Shown here in pieces: positions 37,777 through 49,913 of a stretch of DNA of 64,000 nt; position 1 is the stretch's first letter; each line of letters starts with the position of its first letter. The stretch comes from a virus. The DNA is taken from IMG/VR virus record IMGVR_UViG_3300031975_001631; one strand, 5' to 3'. The notes beneath the pieces are model-generated. The model saw nothing but the letters and a program-made list of their open reading frames with translations. It made no database searches and was not told the DNA's origin. The position numbers and the translations under genes were made by a program.

Positions 37777-40700
37777 ATATCTTCGGCAATCCTCCAGTTC
37801 CTCTCAATCCAACACCACGCCTTTGAACGATAGGATAGTTTGTTAACTCTGGATCAAAGTCAATACCTTTAATATTTGCATTAACTGGTTGTGTTTGATC
37901 TCTAGTAACATTACTGAACTTACCCCAAGTGAAATGAGCATAAGGAATTGAGGTAGAACCAACTCCAACAAAATCACTTACATTAGTATAAGATGCAATA
38001 TTAGCAGTGATAACTCCCACACGACCACCATTTCGTGTGGTTACTGCATGGACATAGTAAATGTTGTCACCATTGAATGTACTGATACCTACGATGTCAG
38101 TATCGTGCGTATCGATGCTAGTAACAGCAGCACTAACCGTGTTAATACCAGTTCCATAAAGCTTGAATGGTTGTCCAGTAGTTAATCCAGCAGTGCTATT
38201 ACCATCATTCACATACTCTTGAGCGTCAAACTGAATGAGAAGAGCAAGATCAGTTCCAATACCAGGACATGTACTGATACCAGTAACAACTCCAATAAAT
38301 CCTTGAACATTCGCAACTAATGGTTCAATTCCTGTGATGTTCTCATAGTTTATTCCATAAACTGCGGTTGTACCGAATCCAACTTCTGCAATATACGCAA
38401 GACTGAATGACCCGGTTAAACCATTATCAGTATCTCTGAACATAGCAGTAGAATCAACATATACGAAGGAATCGGTTGTAGTTAAGACTCCAATTACATT
38501 TGCAATCGGAGTAATCTGTGCTTCAATAGAATCTCTAGCTTTTGATACTAGGGATCCGTCAATGATAATATCTTTTTTCTGCTTAATCCAATCCATCGGT
38601 TTATAGTTATCATTGCTGATACCTACACCCTGATAGAACGCAGTTTCTACTGTAGCTGCACTATCAATTCTCTTAACAATTCTATTAGCACTTTGGGCAA
38701 GATTTTCAGTACTTTGAGTGACTTGATTTAACTCAATCTGGGCACTCTTTCTCAGTCTGAGATTATCACCGACTTTAATAACCTCATTTACATCAAATAA
38801 GAAGCTATCTTGCCCGATTGTTCCTCTATAGAAGAAAATAACGACATTATCTTCAGAAGTAGGAGCACTCGTAAATTCAATAACGGAACCACCATCAAAT
38901 GTGTAGTTAATGCCGGGTTCTTGAATAACACCATTAATAAAGATGAGAAGAACTGCAGAAAGGTCGATTTCTTTAGAATCTCGATCCCCTCTATCAATTT
39001 CAAAACTAACTAGTGATTGCTGATAATAAAGAAGGAATCTCTTCTGATTACCATTTTGGAATGGTCGAATGTTATCAAGGTAATCGATGTTACCAAACTG
39101 CCAAGAAGAAACTTGGTCAGTAAATACATCAACAACTTCTAACTCAAATGGACTGAACTTGTCTCCAGCATAAGGATCAGTAGAAAGACCAGTTACGGTG
39201 AACTTATCACCGCGTTTGAATCCGTACCCCTTCTTACTAAATTGGAATTCAGATACTTCAAATAATGTTGATCCAATTCCAGTTGCTGTACTCACTCCTG
39301 CGATTTGAATAGTGACGGAACAACCAACACCGGTTAAAGTTGTATTTCCAAGTCCAATTCTAGAAACACCAACAATCGGGAGATTTTCTCCATTGGGTTC
39401 TGGAGTAATGACAATATCATTTTCCGTATAGTTTGTACCTGGTCCAGTAACACTGAACACCAAAGATCCACCAGCACCTACAACAGCAGTAACAGTAGCT
39501 CCTGTACCTGTGGATGTAGTAACAGCAATGCCAATAGTACCAAGGTTGGTATTATATCCAGACCCAAAAGTAAGTGGGAAGAAAGGTGCAGCAGTACCAC
39601 CACTCACATAAGTGTGTGGGATTGTAGACGGACCAACTTGAACTTTGAATTGAGTAGCAGAAATAATACCAGCAACAGAGAATGGATCATTATGCTCTGG
39701 GAAAATAGTAGTCGTAACGCCAGCATGAGCTGCACCACAAGTAAATGCAATGCCAGTCAGTTTTACTTGATCTTCGACGAGAAGACCATGGTTCGCTGAA
39801 GTAGTAACGGTCATGATGCCCGTTCTCTTATCATAAACAGCGTTACTAAGAGATACAGAAGGACCTGTGGTGGAGATCCCGACAATACCAGTGATAGTAC
39901 CGCCAGCACCAACATTAAGACGGACATCAGCTCCTTTAAACGGTGCATAACCTACTCCTGGAGTAGACGCAATAGAAACGATAACACCGCCTCTAGGGAG
40001 TTGGTTCTGGTTGATATCATCTATATCGATAATTAAATCGGTGAATCCAACTGATGTGATACCACTAAATTGAACACTAGCAGCTGTAGAAACGGGATCT
40101 TCAATAATTTTAAAGTTAGAAACTCCTTCGTTATTTTCTCCAAATGGTGCTTGGAAAATACCGTTAATGAACAGAACGCCATTACCACCAGTAGAACCAA
40201 TACCAGTTACAGCAGCGCCAGTAGCAGTTAGTGGGAAGGTATTTTCAAGTCCATCAAACTTGTCCGAAAAATCATCAAATAGTTCATTAGTTCTATAATC
40301 ATTTCTTAAATAAGTTCTGCCACCAAAAGATGCTCTAGGGTATGGTAAGTTCTGTGGGTCAATAACTCCTAGGTCACCACCAAGAGGAGCTTCTGTAAAG
40401 TGAACTTGACTATTAAGAATTTGGAAAGATCCCCTATGAATTCTTGCAATAGAACCAGCAGCATGATCAGTAGCTGCAGATCCAACAGCACCCCTTTCAA
40501 CCTCAACGATACTCCAAGTGCCGATCCCTGTAATAGGTCCAGTTGGTTGAGTAGCAAAACCAACAGTTCTTACAATTGAGTACTCATCAGCAAGTTTTAA
40601 CAGATCACCAGAAGTAACTGTACTTAATCCACTAAGTGCAAAAGAAGTAACAATACCATTTACTGCAACATCAAGATCGTAAGTGATTTGAGTGTATGAA

Positions 40701-43700
40701 ATTGGTTTTTGAACAATTCCATTGAGAGCGATGATCGTTTTTTCATCTCTCTTATCCATAGTAAATCTATGCTTGTTTCCAGCAGAGGTTCCTGGTTGGA
40801 AAGTAACAGCTATTCCAGATCTTGCATCAGTAAGATTGGTGGAGATGAAGAATTGATCATTGTTATTTTTAATGATAAAGACTGTGGATGGGAGAGATGT
40901 GTGCCCATATCCAGTAACATATTGAAGAGCACTAGCAGCAACACCAACAATATTAGAATCTGGTTCATATGTAACTGGTTCTGCATTCGAGAAGAAATGC
41001 TTGAAACTAATAAGACCTGTTCCAAAGTCAATTTGACCTGGGTCTTGTGGGTTTAGATCTCTTTCATAAATTGGTGTTCCTTCATATTTGAGATCGAATG
41101 TTCTAATGTTTCTATTATTGATTCCTAAGTAAGTATTTTGGGTAACATTTTCAAATACATTGCCATAGTCAAATGAACCGATACCTGCAAGTGTTCCGTT
41201 TGGATCTGGGTCTTTATACAAGACTTCGTTGTAAGAATAGATGCTTACAATTCCTGTTACTCCAGAATCTGGATAGAATTCCAGATTTACATTGCTTCCA
41301 CTAAATTCTGCTCCAAATGTGCCGATACCAGTAGTAGTGCCAATAGCTGCGATTGGTTGCTGTGATATGTAAGTATCAGCTTTTTCTGGATCTGACAATA
41401 CATAGATTTGATGTAGTGTCTGAGTTGATCCATAAGAAACATGTACGGTTGACTTGAATGATAAGTTAGTAAAGCTACTGACACCAACAACTGTAGAAAT
41501 TCCAGTAGTAGCAGATGCACCAACAATAACTCTAGCTGTTCTCTCAGTACCTTCTGGAGTAAATTTAAGGTTGAGGTGTCTTATTGAAGTTGTACCAAGT
41601 CCAACATTCTCGAATGATACAAATTTACTTCTAATTGCGAGAGTAGAACTCTCATTGTGAATATAGTCAATTTTAACAACTCCACTTTCAATAGAAGAAG
41701 TAAATGTACCCATGAAGTTGGGACTTGAAATACCACCAAGACTTTGGCGAGTATTAAACGATGCGAGTTCTGTTAGGTAAGTATCTGTACCATCATGTTG
41801 GAGAGCTAACTCAACATAATCAATACTCTTCGCTGCAGAATCTACTATAAGAAAATGACCAACACCACCAACAAATGTAGTAGTACTAAATCCGATAACT
41901 TGCGTGGTAGACCCAGATCCTACAAGAACATTGGCAGATGAGTTTACAGCATTGCCGGTATTGGTAGATCCGATTCCTACATCAGCAGAAAAACCTTGCT
42001 GGAATGTCTTAATATCGTAATTAGTATCAAAAGTTTCATAAGGTTTAATTCTTATTTCAGTAAGATCATCGTCAGCATTGTAAAATGAGAAGAACTCTGC
42101 ATATCCAGTTGAAAGACCAACATTGTTGGTATTGTTGATATGTGACTTCTGTAAAAGATAAGTACTCTTATCAACTGTTACTAGAATAACCTCATTTAAT
42201 TGATACTGATTATTCAGAGGATTTTCTGCCGAATGAGTTGTTTGAATAAGATATCTTGAGAAATTTCTTCCAGCAACAATCCCAGCAATAGTTCTATCAT
42301 CACTTAAATCGTTAGATTCGTTACTAATGAAATTTGGACTAATATCATCATGAATAAGGACTCTATTAGTCTTATTGAGAATAAAATCCGCAAGTCTTGT
42401 AGATTTAAGCTCTAGGAATTTAGATGTATTGTTGTTAGCATTAACATCTCTAGAAAGATCGAAATTATAAATCCCATCAACTCTCAATGGATCACTAATA
42501 AAGTCAAGAACAAATCCACCAGCATCATCGGCAGGTTGTACTGATTCTCCAGCATCACCGATCGATAAAATTTGAGTATTTGCAAAGTTCTTCATCCCAG
42601 CTGGATGAACAATATCATTTACATAAGTAATAATTTCATCAAATGTCTTATCACTTTCGATAGCATAAGACATATTCTGATAGTAGTCATTATCGGGTAA
42701 GAATTGATTACTATCACCAATTAGTCCAATATTATCAGACCATCCAACATTAGTATCAATAGTAGAATCGATATCATAATATCCATCAAATACTGTAACT
42801 GATTCTACTTCTGCACGATCACCACTATTAGTGCCGACAAGATTATCATCAGGTTCCAAAGGTCTAGAACCTTCGATGACCATAATCCCAGTATTTGTAT
42901 CAATAGATCTCAAAATTAGATCAGTTTCATTATCATTGTTTCTTCTTAACGGTTCGTTCTTAGCAAATGGTGAGAAAGATATTGTAGATGAGAACTGTGC
43001 AAGGTCACCTGCTTTAACAATTTGACCAAAGCCAGGAACTACAGTTGCTCCAGTACCAACATTTGTAGTTAATCCAGTATACTTAAATGATACTTCTCGT
43101 GGATTTACTGCTGAGTTGTAGGTATCAATTTTAAAATTAGTGAATAAGTAGTCGCCAGAGTTAAATCCATCTCCGTCATTATTAAATTCAATTCCTTCAA
43201 GATATACTTCTTCCCCTGCAACAAAAGGTTCGTCAACATATCCAAGAATTGGGGTAGTAATTTTGCAGGTAACAACACCAACATCAGAGAAAGCTTCAAT
43301 AATGGAAATACCATTACTGTTTCTTAGTGGAGCAACGCCATAAGCATTTGCACTCAAACCTCTAGGTTGAACGACAACCTTAGCACTGTTTACAGCGGAA
43401 TCACTAAGTTCACAAGTAATCAAACCATTATTGACAATAATTCCGGTAGATTTATCGTAAAGGACAAGAGAAGGTGCATTCAAGTAAGATTTGCCACCAA
43501 AGGTAACATCTACATCGATTACTCTATTTGCATTTTTAGCCTGTACAGATCTAGGTAAGAATGCATCTGGTTTTAAAGTATTGTCTGAGGGATATCCAAA
43601 AACATCAGTGGGGACTGTTACGCCTTTCAATTGATTGATCGAGGGACCGGTCAGAAGAAGATTTCCACTAATTCCACTATTCCCAATAGATGTAACTGCA

Positions 43701-46700
43701 GGAATTCTATCGTATCCAAATCCATTATTAATGATGCGAACTTTTGCAATTCCGCCAGTTGCTCCAATAGATGTCGTGGTGTAGTAAATCTCTTCACAGT
43801 CTTGTGCTGAATATTTTGATTGCTCTGATTCAGTTGCAAGGATTGCAGTAAAGGTAGTTGATCCTACACCGGTAACACTATATGATCCGGTATATGTACT
43901 ATCAATAAAACTAATTCTAGTAAATCCAACAACCTCAGTATCAGAGGTTGACATATATCCACCCTTTTCAAATCCATAATATAGCTCAGTTTTAATATTC
44001 TCATTATAATTAATTGTCAATTTGGACATATCTTCTGCAACTGTTGTTCCTAGACCAACAGTATTGACTCCAACAACTTCTAAACTAGAAGTATTTCCGG
44101 TCCCAACAAATTCATTGAAGTAGTTGCTGTCATAAAAAATCTTTAATACACCGCCAAGTAAAGATGAGTCGTTTAAATTGAATACTATATTGTTATTTTT
44201 AGTTACTTTAATTGGTGGGTTGATTGGATTTATAGTTTGTCCAGTAGACCCAACACCAGTTACACTGACAATTTCAGGAGGATCAAGAAATAGTTGAGAT
44301 CTAGAATCTGATAATTGGAATGTATCATTATCAATTTTCAAGACAAAATATGTTCTTTGGAACAAACTGTCAGGAAGGCTACTTTCATCACCAAAAGGAC
44401 CATAAGCTAAAACTTTAAATCCAGTTTCAAGACCATGGTTATTAGCGGTAAAGATGTTAGTAACCGTATTGATTCCCGTTGTAGCAATTTCTACCGGATT
44501 TAAAATTAAGTTTCCATCTAGTAGTTTTACTGTAACATCTTCTGCCTGTCCGATACCAGTTGTAATTCCTGGTTTTACTACAAGAGATACCTGGTCATTA
44601 ATGCTTAAGTTATGAGAATTAGATGTCTCTACGGTTAACTCGCTTCTTTCAATATTAGATATCTGCTGCGTATAATTCGTTTGGAAATAATAGTTTGAGC
44701 TATCGTCTCCAGTCGTCGTAAAGAACAACTCAGAACCATCAGGAGAAGTTTTAAGACCAATTGTGTTGCTAGTCTTGCGAACTACATAAAGACTTGCTGG
44801 AAGGGCACTGGGAGCAATGTATGGATCAATCGAAGCAGTTGCATTGATAACAGCATTTCCATTTCTTTCAAAGGTGACTAAATCATTGGTTTTTAGATCA
44901 TGCCCCTCAATAAAGATGGATTGAGAAAGAATTGATCTTGTTTTAGTTACTCCATTTAATGAAACATTAACGGATGTTGAAAATCCTACAGTAGTGCCAA
45001 CTCCAACTGATTCTTTTGGATTAAAATAATATAAATCTTGGAATTTAGAATCAATAGTGGATGTTTCTGAAATTGGTAGAGTAAATTTACTTGTAAAATA
45101 AGTAACAGCTGCTCCAACAGAAGCTGTAGCAAATCCAGCGGATCTTTCTACTCTAACAATTTTTTCAGATGGGAATGCATTCAAAATACGGACAGTTTCT
45201 GTTCCGATACCAATAGAATCTCCGGCAGAAACATTTGGAGGAACAAGGCTAACCTTCAAGTCTGTAATGATACCAGTGTACCCGTCTTGATTTAGAGTTG
45301 CTTTATATGATTGTACTGAAATTTTGTGATAAGTCTCAAGTCCTTTAACATAAGTGGAAATACCACTAACTCTAATGACATGACCATCACTAAACTCATG
45401 ATATGGAGAAACTTTAAATTCTGCGGTTTCTCTCCCCATCTTAAAAGGTACATTTAAGAAAGATACCGTATTGCTACTTACCTGATTGATATCAGATCCA
45501 AAAACTTTACTGACTTCCGCAGATAAACCGCCCCCAGTTGTGTTGCTATTGTCAAAAATGATATTATCATTGACACTGTAACCAGATCCTCTAAAATTAA
45601 CCTGGATATCAGTAATTGATCCTATGCCAAGATTATCTGGAACAGATTCTTGATTATTTGACCTATATGGTTGAAAAACATAATCATATGATTTACCGTC
45701 ACCAAACATATTGTATGGGAAGGTATTTCTGACTAGTTTTGAAGATTCAAAGTCAAAATTGGTTTGATCGATGACCAATCCCCTAACTGTATTTTCGGGA
45801 ATTGCGAAACTGCGGAAAGTGTCTCCAATAAAGTATGGAAATAGTGGCTTATTATTAATATCTACAGTTGCAAAATAAGCATAAACTCCTTCAGGAAAGT
45901 CTGGAGTTTTTGTGAACTTACCATTATGTTCATCTAAATCTCCAGATCCATCATAGGAATAATCTTTAACTAGAGATCCATATGGGAAAACTGATATTGG
46001 AGGTCTATTTGTAATGTTAGTTGAGATAATATTATAACTAGATTCTTGCCTCTTAACATCAGACTGGATATTATTGGGGTCAGATAATCCATATGGACCG
46101 TATATTGGGTTGCCATCATACGCCCATCCAATAATTGGAGAATGGCTAGAACCATCATCTTCAAAGAATTCTCTAATAGAATTTCCATATCCAATATAAT
46201 TTACAGCAACACCTCCCGAGAAAGGAGCGAGATAATCTAATTCAGTATCATTCAGACCAAATGCCTTATTAATTACCAAAGATCTTAATTGAGCTTCAAG
46301 TTTAAGACTTGAACCTGGATTAATGATACTGGTGGTTGTTGTACTAGCAGCATATCCAACTCCGCCAGAAATAACCTTTACTTCAGTAATAGATCCATTT
46401 TCTACTACTGATCTAAGAATAGCTCCGTTTGCCTCTGAACTGGCACTAGAAACTATAATATCTGGTGGACCAGAATATCCAGATCCCCCAGCTTGGACAA
46501 ATGCTGAGATAATTCTACCATTTGAAAAAATGAGTCCAACTTGACCTAGTGTACCACTCTCAACTGAAATTGTTGGTGGGTTTTGGAAATCGACGACAGT
46601 AGATCCATAATTTCTACCTCTAGCATATAAAGGTGCGTCAACTACATGACCTCTAACAATTGGAGTGGCTACAAGATCTTGTTCTTTCTGATCTTCTGTT

Positions 46701-49700
46701 AGTACTTTTATATTACATTCAATTTTAGGATAACTAAATCTTTGGAATCCCGATCCCTGAGAATCTAGGAATGTGTGGATTTTTTTATTGTAGTTATCAC
46801 CAGATACTTTCGCATCCCCTTTATTGCCAACTTCTGCTAATCTGAATGCATCGTCATTAACCTTTAATACTTGATACTGCTTGGTAGAACTAAGTCCTGT
46901 AACAGCAGTAGTATCATATGAATAATTTACAATATCCCCATCTTTAAATCCGTGTTCTTCAAAGCTCACATAATCTCTAAAAGTATTGATACCTGCTGGA
47001 TTCACTAAAATATTTCTGCTAGCATATCCACTACCAGAATTTTCTACAATAATTCTACCAATAGTAGTTTTCTTTTCAAAAGTTCTGAAGATGTGTTGAC
47101 CAGCATTAGATCCAGCTGCTTCCTCAGAAATTGATATGGTATTAATACCAACAACAGCATCTTGTTTTGTATAATGTAAGTAGATGGATTTATCGCCAGA
47201 AGATCTTACATAGTAGTCTTGACCACTCATTAGGGTCAATTCTTCATTTGAAGCTCCGGTAGTTGCGATACCTAAATTATTGTTTCCATTATTATTGTAA
47301 ACAATTCTACTACCAGATACTAAGTTATGATTTGAAAGGAAAGTAAACCTATCGTTTATTGCTTCTACAGCACCGCCAGAAAGGGTACTGACGCCACTGA
47401 AAGATATCTCCCGGTATCTTTCCTCAAGTAGTGCCCTTCCGAATGCTCCAGTGCCATTACCACCAAAGATCTCAACACTAACAACTTGATCAATATCAAA
47501 TTCTACAGGGTCAATATAAACAGAAGTGACAGTTCCCGCAAGACTGACAATAGATCCGGCAGTATTAGCTGCACTGACCAATGGGTCTGAAATAGTAATA
47601 TTGGGAGGATTTTGGACATCATACCCAACACCACCATTAAGAACATTAATTTGTCTTAATGGTCCATAGTATACTTGATTTTCGCCTTTATAATTTAATA
47701 CTTCAAGACCATTGACAAGCATACCTGTGTTGCCGTCAGCAGTAATCTCTGATGTAGTTGTTGATTCTCTACCACTTTTAAGTTCTTGTTCTAGAGTAAA
47801 TCTACGAATAGGTCTGGATGGAAAAATTTCCCGCTTACCCTGACTAGCAAGAATGAAATCATGTGTTCCACCAACACCAGTAGGATTGAAATATTCTGGA
47901 AGATTTGCTTTGATGAAAGCTCTAGATGTATATAATTGAATCCTATTAGCAGGACTTAAAACTTTTACAAAATATCCCTTTTGCTCAAGACCAATAATTC
48001 CGACAGTTCCTTCAGATGGAACATATAGAACTTCTTCGCCAGTTTTAAATGGAACATCGTTGGTAAACGCTAGGACAGTATATGCATCTTGTGTGCTATC
48101 ATATCCATCAAAGTTCCCGAGACCAGCACTAGGGTTAACTAATGTAGATCTAACTTTATCTACAGTAATCAAATAATTAGGTAAAGAGCTAGATGCTACA
48201 TAACCTTCTCTTTTACCAGTGCTAGACTCATTTTCTGTCTCAATATAAGTATTATTAATGTCCGATAGTAATTGATTTTGACCACCTCTAATCGGTACAA
48301 TATTAGAATTTGCTTTTTTCTGTACTCTTCTTAAATCATAAAAAAGTGACGAATCTAAAGTGGGAATAGCACCACTAAGAGTGACAGTATTTGTAGATGT
48401 GTTTACGGAGGATACTCTTAAAGCTGTAGCAGCTACTAACTCAGAATTTCTGTTGACAATATCAACAAGATCATTCTTTCGGATACTACTCTTATCAATG
48501 TTTCCATCTAATACAAAACCCGATCCAGAAAAGGTAGAAATCTCATATCTTGCAGATGTATTGTAAACCCAAGAATTAAAAAAGATTTCTTCGTATGATT
48601 TATTAGTATCTGGGTTCTCAATTAATCTTCCCAGGTTTCTAATTCTAATAGAAGAGTCTTTATCTAGATTTCTAAGATCTGCATTAGATAAGAACTTACT
48701 AAGAACACCAGTAACCTTAAATTCTACTCTTTTAGAAGAATCGCCATTCTCAAACCCATAAACAATGTTAGGAGCAGAGATATCTGTGTTGTTTATAATG
48801 TTCGTCGATACTACAGGAGTAACATCAAAAAATTGACTTATGCTTTTAGTTGCATACGAATATGTGGTTGATCCAATCGATAAAGTTCCAGTGCTGGAAA
48901 ATCCAATTGTGGAGTCAACAGTAATTACAGACGCACCAATCCCAATATCACCAATATTACGAGTTTTACCAGGAACAACAAATGTGCCGTCAGTTAATGA
49001 TCTCTCATCAAAACCAGTGAATAGAGAGATTTTGTAGTAATTATCTCTGATGTTACTAACTTCTGAAATCGGACCAGAAGCTGCATTAACTTTATCATTT
49101 GTAGGGTCATTATCTTGATATAATGTTTCGCCAACCAAATTTGCTGGGTTACCGGAAATTAACTCAAGAGAAAGTGTTTTTCTTCTTACATAATTTGCAT
49201 ATGATGGTTTGATCAGGTACTTTTCAAGATCATTGATTTTTGGATCGATTCCAAATAAAGCTTTGAACAGAATCTTAAATGAATCTTCTGTACCCTTCGA
49301 TTCATAGAGACTTCTTGCCTCTTTGATGAAATTATTAATATCCAGCTGTGGTGATAGGTTTACTCCCTCTAATCCAGGAGTATACATCGCCTTCAATTTT
49401 TTATAGAACTCTTTTAAGAAAAGAGCACTAACATTTTGAACTATTGATCCTGTAGTATGTGAGGAAGCAACTGTTGATTCCCATACTAGATCTTCATTAT
49501 TATTAGGTGCAGTATAGGAACTAATCCCGCTGAACCCTCTCGTACATCCAGTAAAACTATTTTCAGTCTTGTCTGCATAAGTTATAATTTCACTATCAAT
49601 CTTAATAAGACCATGTTTTTCGGGATATCCATCCGTGCTTGTTACCGAGATAGTATCATCACTATCTGAGATATCACTAGCAAGATTTGTACCTCCTTTG

Positions 49701-49912
49701 ATGACATCTACAGTAAGATTATCAATCTTAAGATATGCGTCAATATTCTCAGCAATATCTGCCGGACCACCTTGATAATCTTGGGAGATATAATATTGTT
49801 TTAGAAACTCAGCAAATTTTGGGTTTTCTGAGACCGCAAATTCGGGTATAGATTCAGAAACAATCTGATAAGTCTTTACTCTTGGGCTTAGCGGGGAGTT
49901 TGTCTCTATCAT
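37772..49912 (-). CDS. gp7: Baseplate wedge initiator (giant cyanophage form)
   Basis: 4046 aa between gp6 and gp8; FIKEARSLYESKGT, HSPIIGWAYDGNPIYGPYG, DLDEHNG, YYQNMSYAI, VHPAGMKNF; many GxGY repeats. Confidence 0.88.
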   Translation of the reverse strand: MIETNSPLSPRVKTYQIVSESIPEFAVSENPKFAEFLKQYYISQDYQGGPADIAENIDAYLKIDNLTVDVIKGGTNLASDISDSDDTISVTSTDGYPEKHGLIKIDSEIITYADKTENSFTGCTRGFSGISSYTAPNNNEDLVWESTVASSHTTGSIVQNVSALFLKEFYKKLKAMYTPGLEGVNLSPQLDINNFIKEARSLYESKGTEDSFKILFKALFGIDPKINDLEKYLIKPSYANYVRRKTLSLELISGNPANLVGETLYQDNDPTNDKVNAASGPISEVSNIRDNYYKISLFTGFDERSLTDGTFVVPGKTRNIGDIGIGASVITVDSTIGFSSTGTLSIGSTTYSYATKSISQFFDVTPVVSTNIINNTDISAPNIVYGFENGDSSKRVEFKVTGVLSKFLSNADLRNLDKDSSIRIRNLGRLIENPDTNKSYEEIFFNSWVYNTSARYEISTFSGSGFVLDGNIDKSSIRKNDLVDIVNRNSELVAATALRVSSVNTSTNTVTLSGAIPTLDSSLFYDLRRVQKKANSNIVPIRGGQNQLLSDINNTYIETENESSTGKREGYVASSSLPNYLITVDKVRSTLVNPSAGLGNFDGYDSTQDAYTVLAFTNDVPFKTGEEVLYVPSEGTVGIIGLEQKGYFVKVLSPANRIQLYTSRAFIKANLPEYFNPTGVGGTHDFILASQGKREIFPSRPIRRFTLEQELKSGRESTTTSEITADGNTGMLVNGLEVLNYKGENQVYYGPLRQINVLNGGVGYDVQNPPNITISDPLVSAANTAGSIVSLAGTVTSVYIDPVEFDIDQVVSVEIFGGNGTGAFGRALLEERYREISFSGVSTLSGGAVEAINDRFTFLSNHNLVSGSRIVYNNNGNNNLGIATTGASNEELTLMSGQDYYVRSSGDKSIYLHYTKQDAVVGINTISISEEAAGSNAGQHIFRTFEKKTTIGRIIVENSGSGYASRNILVNPAGINTFRDYVSFEEHGFKDGDIVNYSYDTTAVTGLSSTKQYQVLKVNDDAFRLAEVGNKGDAKVSGDNYNKKIHTFLDSQGSGFQRFSYPKIECNIKVLTEDQKEQDLVATPIVRGHVVDAPLYARGRNYGSTVVDFQNPPTISVESGTLGQVGLIFSNGRIISAFVQAGGSGYSGPPDIIVSSASSEANGAILRSVVENGSITEVKVISGGVGYAASTTTTSIINPGSSLKLEAQLRSLVINKAFGLNDTELDYLAPFSGGVAVNYIGYGNSIREFFEDDGSSHSPIIGWAYDGNPIYGPYGLSDPNNIQSDVKRQESSYNIISTNITNRPPISVFPYGSLVKDYSYDGSGDLDEHNGKFTKTPDFPEGVYAYFATVDINNKPLFPYFIGDTFRSFAIPENTVRGLVIDQTNFDFESSKLVRNTFPYNMFGDGKSYDYVFQPYRSNNQESVPDNLGIGSITDIQVNFRGSGYSVNDNIIFDNSNTTGGGLSAEVSKVFGSDINQVSSNTVSFLNVPFKMGRETAEFKVSPYHEFSDGHVIRVSGISTYVKGLETYHKISVQSYKATLNQDGYTGIITDLKVSLVPPNVSAGDSIGIGTETVRILNAFPSEKIVRVERSAGFATASVGAAVTYFTSKFTLPISETSTIDSKFQDLYYFNPKESVGVGTTVGFSTSVNVSLNGVTKTRSILSQSIFIEGHDLKTNDLVTFERNGNAVINATASIDPYIAPSALPASLYVVRKTSNTIGLKTSPDGSELFFTTTGDDSSNYYFQTNYTQQISNIERSELTVETSNSHNLSINDQVSLVVKPGITTGIGQAEDVTVKLLDGNLILNPVEIATTGINTVTNIFTANNHGLETGFKVLAYGPFGDESSLPDSLFQRTYFVLKIDNDTFQLSDSRSQLFLDPPEIVSVTGVGSTGQTINPINPPIKVTKNNNIVFNLNDSSLLGGVLKIFYDSNYFNEFVGTGNTSSLEVVGVNTVGLGTTVAEDMSKLTINYNENIKTELYYGFEKGGYMSTSDTEVVGFTRISFIDSTYTGSYSVTGVGSTTFTAILATESEQSKYSAQDCEEIYYTTTSIGATGGIAKVRIINNGFGYDRIPAVTSIGNSGISGNLLLTGPSINQLKGVTVPTDVFGYPSDNTLKPDAFLPRSVQAKNANRVIDVDVTFGGKSYLNAPSLVLYDKSTGIIVNNGLITCELSDSAVNSAKVVVQPRGLSANAYGVAPLRNSNGISIIEAFSDVGVVTCKITTPILGYVDEPFVAGEEVYLEGIEFNNDGDGFNSGDYLFTNFKIDTYNSAVNPREVSFKYTGLTTNVGTGATVVPGFGQIVKAGDLAQFSSTISFSPFAKNEPLRRNNDNETDLILRSIDTNTGIMVIEGSRPLEPDDNLVGTNSGDRAEVESVTVFDGYYDIDSTIDTNVGWSDNIGLIGDSNQFLPDNDYYQNMSYAIESDKTFDEIITYVNDIVHPAGMKNFANTQILSIGDAGESVQPADDAGGFVLDFISDPLRVDGIYNFDLSRDVNANNNTSKFLELKSTRLADFILNKTNRVLIHDDISPNFISNESNDLSDDRTIAGIVAGRNFSRYLIQTTHSAENPLNNQYQLNEVILVTVDKSTYLLQKSHINNTNNVGLSTGYAEFFSFYNADDDLTEIRIKPYETFDTNYDIKTFQQGFSADVGIGSTNTGNAVNSSANVLVGSGSTTQVIGFSTTTFVGGVGHFLIVDSAAKSIDYVELALQHDGTDTYLTELASFNTRQSLGGISSPNFMGTFTSSIESGVVKIDYIHNESSTLAIRSKFVSFENVGLGTTSIRHLNLKFTPEGTERTARVIVGASATTGISTVVGVSSFTNLSFKSTVHVSYGSTQTLHQIYVLSDPEKADTYISQQPIAAIGTTTGIGTFGAEFSGSNVNLEFYPDSGVTGIVSIYSYNEVLYKDPDPNGTLAGIGSFDYGNVFENVTQNTYLGINNRNIRTFDLKYEGTPIYERDLNPQDPGQIDFGTGLISFKHFFSNAEPVTYEPDSNIVGVAASALQYVTGYGHTSLPSTVFIIKNNNDQFFISTNLTDARSGIAVTFQPGTSAGNKHRFTMDKRDEKTIIALNGIVQKPISYTQITYDLDVAVNGIVTSFALSGLSTVTSGDLLKLADEYSIVRTVGFATQPTGPITGIGTWSIVEVERGAVGSAATDHAAGSIARIHRGSFQILNSQVHFTEAPLGGDLGVIDPQNLPYPRASFGGRTYLRNDYRTNELFDDFSDKFDGLENTFPLTATGAAVTGIGSTGGNGVLFINGIFQAPFGENNEGVSNFKIIEDPVSTAASVQFSGITSVGFTDLIIDIDDINQNQLPRGGVIVSIASTPGVGYAPFKGADVRLNVGAGGTITGIVGISTTGPSVSLSNAVYDKRTGIMTVTTSANHGLLVEDQVKLTGIAFTCGAAHAGVTTTIFPEHNDPFSVAGIISATQFKVQVGPSTIPHTYVSGGTAAPFFPLTFGSGYNTNLGTIGIAVTTSTGTGATVTAVVGAGGSLVFSVTGPGTNYTENDIVITPEPNGENLPIVGVSRIGLGNTTLTGVGCSVTIQIAGVSTATGIGSTLFEVSEFQFSKKGYGFKRGDKFTVTGLSTDPYAGDKFSPFELEVVDVFTDQVSSWQFGNIDYLDNIRPFQNGNQKRFLLYYQQSLVSFEIDRGDRDSKEIDLSAVLLIFINGVIQEPGINYTFDGGSVIEFTSAPTSEDNVVIFFYRGTIGQDSFLFDVNEVIKVGDNLRLRKSAQIELNQVTQSTENLAQSANRIVKRIDSAATVETAFYQGVGISNDNYKPMDWIKQKKDIIIDGSLVSKARDSIEAQITPIANVIGVLTTTDSFVYVDSTAMFRDTDNGLTGSFSLAYIAEVGFGTTAVYGINYENITGIEPLVANVQGFIGVVTGISTCPGIGTDLALLIQFDAQEYVNDGNSTAGLTTGQPFKLYGTGINTVSAAVTSIDTHDTDIVGISTFNGDNIYYVHAVTTRNGGRVGVITANIASYTNVSDFVGVGSTSIPYAHFTWGKFSNVTRDQTQPVNANIKGIDFDPELTNYPIVQRRGVGLRGTGGLPKIL

Positions 49913-49913
49913 C

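Noticed and set aside
37772-49912. 4046-aa gp7 as an artefact or fusion
   Set aside because: Very long GxGY-repeat gp7 proteins are ordinary in this phage group, and the frame is intact
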